Assembly (NCBI GenBank): GCA_951406725.2 | Contig: OX597819.1 | Coordinates: 129,518,001 to 129,582,000 of the forward strand | Source: Octopus vulgaris | Taxonomy: Eukaryota | Length of the DNA: 64,000 nucleotides | Reading direction: 5' to 3' | In this document: positions 59,164-64,000 of the stretch, one piece after another | How the letters are laid out: every line of letters begins with the position of its first letter | Numbering within the stretch: the stretch's first letter is position 1 | Translations under genes and position numbers: made by a program | The notes under the pieces: model-generated | Databases searched by the model: none | Told to the model about the DNA's origin: nothing | What the model saw: only the letters and a program-made list of their open reading frames with translations

Positions 59164-61069
59164 ACACACTCACACAATGTGATACTGTTGTCTCACTAAT
59201 GAAATGGTTGTAAAAAGCTTTTTCTTCACACTTACATAATCACGTTATCGAATGGTTATCTAACGGCATCAACGCTTAAATGTTATCAGCTGGTTATTGT
59301 TATCTAAAAAGCGTCCTCATAAATAGATTACAATAAGCGGCTTACATTATAAACTCACGTACACACACACTTATGTTTGTATATTATATATATATATTCG
59401 TAATATATATATAATATATAGCACGTACACATATATAAGGAGTGTGTGTGTGTTTCCGCGCGTAAGTGTAATTAATTTGCGTTATCCTTAATTAATCATA
59501 CGAAATCTATGACTGGGCAAATAAACTTTTGCAAGTCTCTCTCTCTCTTCCCACCCGTAATAATTTTCGAGAGATTTGTGAAATGAAAGTGTCGTACATT
59601 TCTTTCTCTCTCGCTTACAACTGGGGGAGACAGATAGCTAAATAGTGTGTCTGTGTGAGAAAGAAAGAAAGAGAGAGAGAAAACTTTTTAATTCTTCATT
59701 GGGGATAAATTTTTTTTCCTTCAGAAGACCGGTGTTGGTAGGGGACTGTATACATTGTCGATCTAATCAGATTCTCTCCTCCATTATTTTATAAGCTGTA
59801 GTTGTTTAATCCTGCGCCGGTTGGTGAATAATGGAAAGATCGACTCGGCTCTCCTGGGGTTTGAAATCACAGCTTTGAAGAACGAAATTAAATACGATAA
59901 AATCATTTGAATTCTTTCAGACCGTCGCTCTTTCGTTCCTGCCTGTCCATTATCAGCAAGCACCATCCTATTGTACATATCGTGCGATATATTACCTGTT
60001 CTATAGAGATTGTTCTTAACTACGGAGAAACCAGGATATTCACCAAGAGTCGTCGTCGTCGGAGGTGACGATTCGTTTTCTGGTTCCTTATTTACAGTGT
60101 GTGATGCTTAAAATCTTCGGCTGGTTGAGTGGAACGGACGTCTGAATTTGGTGAGTCCATCCCGATTAAAGTTGTTACCGTTACGCACACACACACACAC
60201 AACATCACCACCACAATGATAGAGTGAGGAAGAGGAGGAGGAGGACAGATATAGAGAGAGGAATTAAGAGAGAGAGCTAGAAAGAGACAGGCAGATAGTG
60301 ACACACACATACGTGCACCTTGGTCTTGTATATGGTCGTTATAATAACAGGCAAGTTTAGTTTTCTATTTGCTTCAAGTTCGTAGCATATTTATATTAAT
60401 TTTTAGTTTGTGTAGTCGATGTCGAAAGCGGTTTAGTGAGATTGGTGAGTGAGTGAGTGAGTGTATATGTGCAGTGTGTTAAATAATTACATTCACACAC
60501 TAACGTCGCATGTCAGTTGTGTGGTACTGTATATGGTTAAATCTACCCTACTGCGAACCTAAGAGGCACTCGGCACGAATTCTTTTTCTCTTTTTGTTTC
60601 TTTTCTTTTATTCACCAATCTATACGTATGCAAAGGTATTGTTCCAGCTCACTTCTACTTCAAAAAATAATTTCTTCTTAATCAGGCGAGGTCATCTGAA
60701 CTATAAGTTCACAGGCACACATCGAGGTATTGTCTTTTAAAATACATACAATGACGTACATAAAATGTTTTTTAATATCCTTCAGTAAAGATAAAACTAT
60801 ATATATATATGTATGTGTATGTGTGTGTACACAAACACAGACATATAATGTTCGTTTGGATTTTCCTCTGTGGATCTTTTACGGTATCCTGGAAGAAACA
60901 AAAGCACGTTTTTCCCTACCACCTGTGTTTAGTGCGTGTTGGAAATTTACCGCTTGCTCGAAAACTGTGTTGTTCCAAGTTTGTCGTAATGTTGTTGTGG
61001 TCGCGGAATATCTTTTATAGCCAAAGGAACTAAACACACACACATACACACACACACACACGCTTGCGA

Positions 61070-61274
61070 GCCGACTAAAGAGGTCCTACATGATCCCATG
61101 ACCTACTAGAAACAGCAGCCACATTTTCCTCAAATCACACTTACGCCGTCTACAAGGGATGAGTTATAGAGGCATTGGATAATGTTAATCGTCCTTAATA
61201 CGCAAAGGGACGGGATGGCTACGGCTGGAACACCTTTGATTATCGGCCTATTCAATTAAGGCTAGCCCGGACCC

Positions 61275-61275
<1 letters not shown>
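61070..61275 (+). repeat. Old interspersed repeat family E (parent of the 121-bp satellite)
   Basis: cctacatg..ctagaaacagcagcc..aaatcacac..gggatggctacggctggaacacctttgat; partial copies at ~13450, ~15870, ~22005, ~36700(-), ~42855(-), ~44270(-). Confidence 0.65.
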
Positions 61276-61355
<80 letters not shown>

Positions 61356-61494
61356 GTGTGTGTGTTTGTGTATATATATATACATACATACATATGCATA
61401 CATACACACACACGGATATATATATGTGTAAAAGATATATATCTTACATTGAGTATTAGCAAAAATGAAAATGAAATTCTGAAAGAGGTAATTG

Positions 61495-61531
<37 letters not shown>

Positions 61532-62236
61532 ATACACCCACGTCACAACCTGCCGAAACTGAACAGCTGTTTTTTTTTTTATCAATTTCTCTGGCTTATT
61601 ATTATTATCATTATCACTATTATTATTATCACTATTATTATTATGTTTATTATTCCTGCACATCCATGTGTGCATGCTTGCATATGTTCAATTTCACACC
61701 TCCGTCGGGTGACTTTATACCGTTTGCGTTATGGAAATTAAGATTATTGTCAGCGGTGTTTGGTTCCCCCCCTCCCTCCTCCTCCGCTCCGCCAACACAT
61801 TACACATGTGTCCCGCTGTAATTGCGATGTTGCATCTCACTCTCTTCGGCTGCATGTCGTATGTTCAGTCCTACGTGAGCATTTGTGTGCATACTTGCGT
61901 GTGTGTGTGTATAGTAAAAAAAAAAAAAATGATTCGTAAATTGCTTTGTGTGTGGGTGTGTATGTATGTGTGTAAATGTTACCTATATACATCTATGAAT
62001 GTATATGCTACAAATTTTATTAGTATATTTGGCATTCTTTCGGAAGAATACTGTGTGTGTATTATATATATATATATATATATATATTCATTCGTGGTTG
62101 TATGGCATGAAGCTGGTTTCTAAACCACATGGTTCTAGTTTTATTCCTCCTGTGTGGAACCATGGCGGAGTGTCTTATAGCTTCAGGCTGACCAAAGATT
62201 TGGTAGACGGTAACTGAAAGAAGCCCTTTGTATATA

Positions 62237-62645
62237 TCACCATCGTTTTTAACGTCTGCTTTCCATGCTAGCATGGGTTGGACGTATGACTGAGGGCTGG
62301 CGAACCAGATGGCTGTACCAGGCTTCAATCTTGATCTGGTAGAGTTTCTACAGCTGGATGCCCTTCCTTACGCCAACCACTTTGAGAGTGTAGTGGGTGC
62401 TTTTACGTGCCAGTCAGGTGGTACTGGCAACGACCTCGCTCAAATCTTTTACACATGCCACGACACAGGTGCCAGTAAGGTGATGCTGGTAACGATCACA
62501 CTCGGATAGTGCTCTTAATACCCTACTAGCACGGGGCTCGAGTGCCAGTAAAGCGACACTGGTAACGATCACGCTCGAATGGTGCCTTTTAAGTGCCACT
62601 GGCATGGAAGCCAGTTAGCCGCTCTGTCAATGCTCACACTCGTAT
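62237..62645 (-). mobile_element. Repeat family A copy
   Basis: Tail, core, modules. Confidence 0.85.
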
Positions 62646-63041
62646 ACATATATATATATATTTGTGTTTCTGTGTTTGTTCCACACTACAACTTGATAAC
62701 TGGTGTTGGTTTGTTAACGTCCCTGTAACTTAGCATTTTGGCTGAAATCATTGATAGAATAAGTACCAGGCTTTTTGAAAAAAAGTGCTGGGATCAGTAA
62801 GTTTGACAAAACATTCTTCATGGTGGTGCCCCAGCATGACCACAGTCTAACGACTGAAACAAATAAAAGGTTAAAGTGATATGATATTCTACTGCATGAC
62901 ACCTTGGGCAAGTTTCTTCTGCTATAGTCCCAGACCAACTAAACTATATATAAAAATATCTAATTTGATGAGTGCCAATGCATGAAAATCTTGGCCCTTG
63001 AGTCACTCTGTTGCTTTTGTTAAATATTAATAATATATATG

Positions 63042-63443
63042 TGTAGGAGTGGCTGTGTGGTAAGTAGCTTGTCTACCAACCACATGGTTCCGGGTTCATC
63101 CCACTGCATGGCATCTTGGGCAAGTGTCTTCTGCTATAGCCCCGGGCCGACCAAAGCCTTGTGAGTGGATTTGGTAGACGGAAACTGAAAAGAAGCCCGT
63201 CGTATATATGTATATGTATATATATGTGTGTGTGTGTGTTTGTGTGTCTGTGTTTGTCCCCCTAGCATTGCTTGACAACCGATGCTGGTGTGTTTACGTC
63301 CCTGTCACTTAGCGGTTCGGCAAAAAGAGACCGATAGAATAAGTACTAGGCTTACAAAAGAATAAGTCCCGGGGTCGAGTTGCTCGACTAAAGGTGGTGC
63401 TCTAGCATGGCCGCAGTCAAATGACTGAAACAAGTAAAAAGAG
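63042..63443 (+). mobile_element. SINE family B, full
   Basis: gtaggagtggctgtgtggtaag head to gaaacaagtaaaaa. Confidence 0.9.
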
Positions 63444-63496
63444 TATATGTGTGCCTTTGTGTTTGTCACTCCCCCCCTTCCTTGACAATGATGTCG

Positions 63497-63800
63497 TGGA
63501 GGCACATGGTCTAGTGGTTAGAGCAGCGGACTCGTGGTCGAGGGATCGCGGGTTCGAATCTCAGACCGGGCGATGTGTGTGTTTATGAGCGAAACACCTA
63601 AGCTCCATGCGGCTCCGGCAGAAGGTAATGGCAAACTTCTGCTGACTCTTTCGCCACAACTTTCTCTCACTCTTTCCTCCTGCGTCTTGCAGCTCACCTG
63701 CGACGGATCGGCGTCCCGTCCAGGTGGAGAACCTATACGCCAAGGAAACCGGGAAAACCGGCCCTTATGAGCCAGGCATGGCTCGAGAAGGACCAAATAA
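63497..63800 (+). mobile_element. SINE family D, tail type 3
   Basis: ggaggcacatggtctagtggttagagcagcggactcgtgg..gggttcgaatc head; cgtcccgtccaggtgg..gaaaccgggaaaaccggccc tail. Confidence 0.88.
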
Positions 63801-64000
63801 ATGATGTTGGCTTGTTTACTTCTCGTAACTTAGCGGTTCAGCAAAAGAACTGATAGAATAAATTAAGCATTGGGGTCAATTCATTTGACTAAAACCCCAC
63901 ATGGTGGCGCCCTAGTATGACTGTAGTTGAATGAATAAAACAAGAATAAAAATATATATAAATTTTAGGTACAGTCATGGCTGTGTGAACCCAGAACCAA

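Noticed and set aside
63497-63570. tRNA genes here and at ~14050-14124, ~37459, ~51397 and ~59090-59163
   Set aside because: A and B boxes are present but acceptor stems do not close, and each continues into a multi-copy SINE body
8584-63796. Many 60-130 aa ORFs with recurring peptides (FLQLDALPNANH, FRLPNPLTRLW, RPRRNLNSE)
   Set aside because: They are translations of SINE/LINE-UTR repeats or microsatellites, not a gene family

Overview
AT-rich, microsatellite-rich eukaryotic genomic DNA dominated by transposable elements; the SINE families point to an octopus (coleoid cephalopod) genome (inference). Two host genes are supported: (1) a minus-strand, multi-exon gene (probable 5'UTR exon 25652-25794, first coding exon 22200-22365, large low-complexity exon 5997-6923, continuing off the left end) whose introns hold a ~4.8 kb 121-bp satellite, a deleted piggyBac, two dead mariners and a ~780-bp foldback element; (2) an intact, apparently domesticated pogo/Passer-type (DD35D, POGK-like) transposase gene at 40371-41699 with a candidate spliced 5'UTR and only decayed terminal relics. 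The rest is SINEs (four or five families), LINE relics (RTE, CR1, CRE, HERO, R4/Dong-like), piggyBac and Merlin-like MITEs, a non-autonomous Helitron and a decayed Penelope element. The most unusual signal is a set of about ten short palindromic Penelope-type insertions from six or seven families, several with target-site duplications and many carrying minimal type I hammerhead-ribozyme folds, some with non-canonical cores. Everything was read by eye without searches; ends of diverged repeats are approximate.
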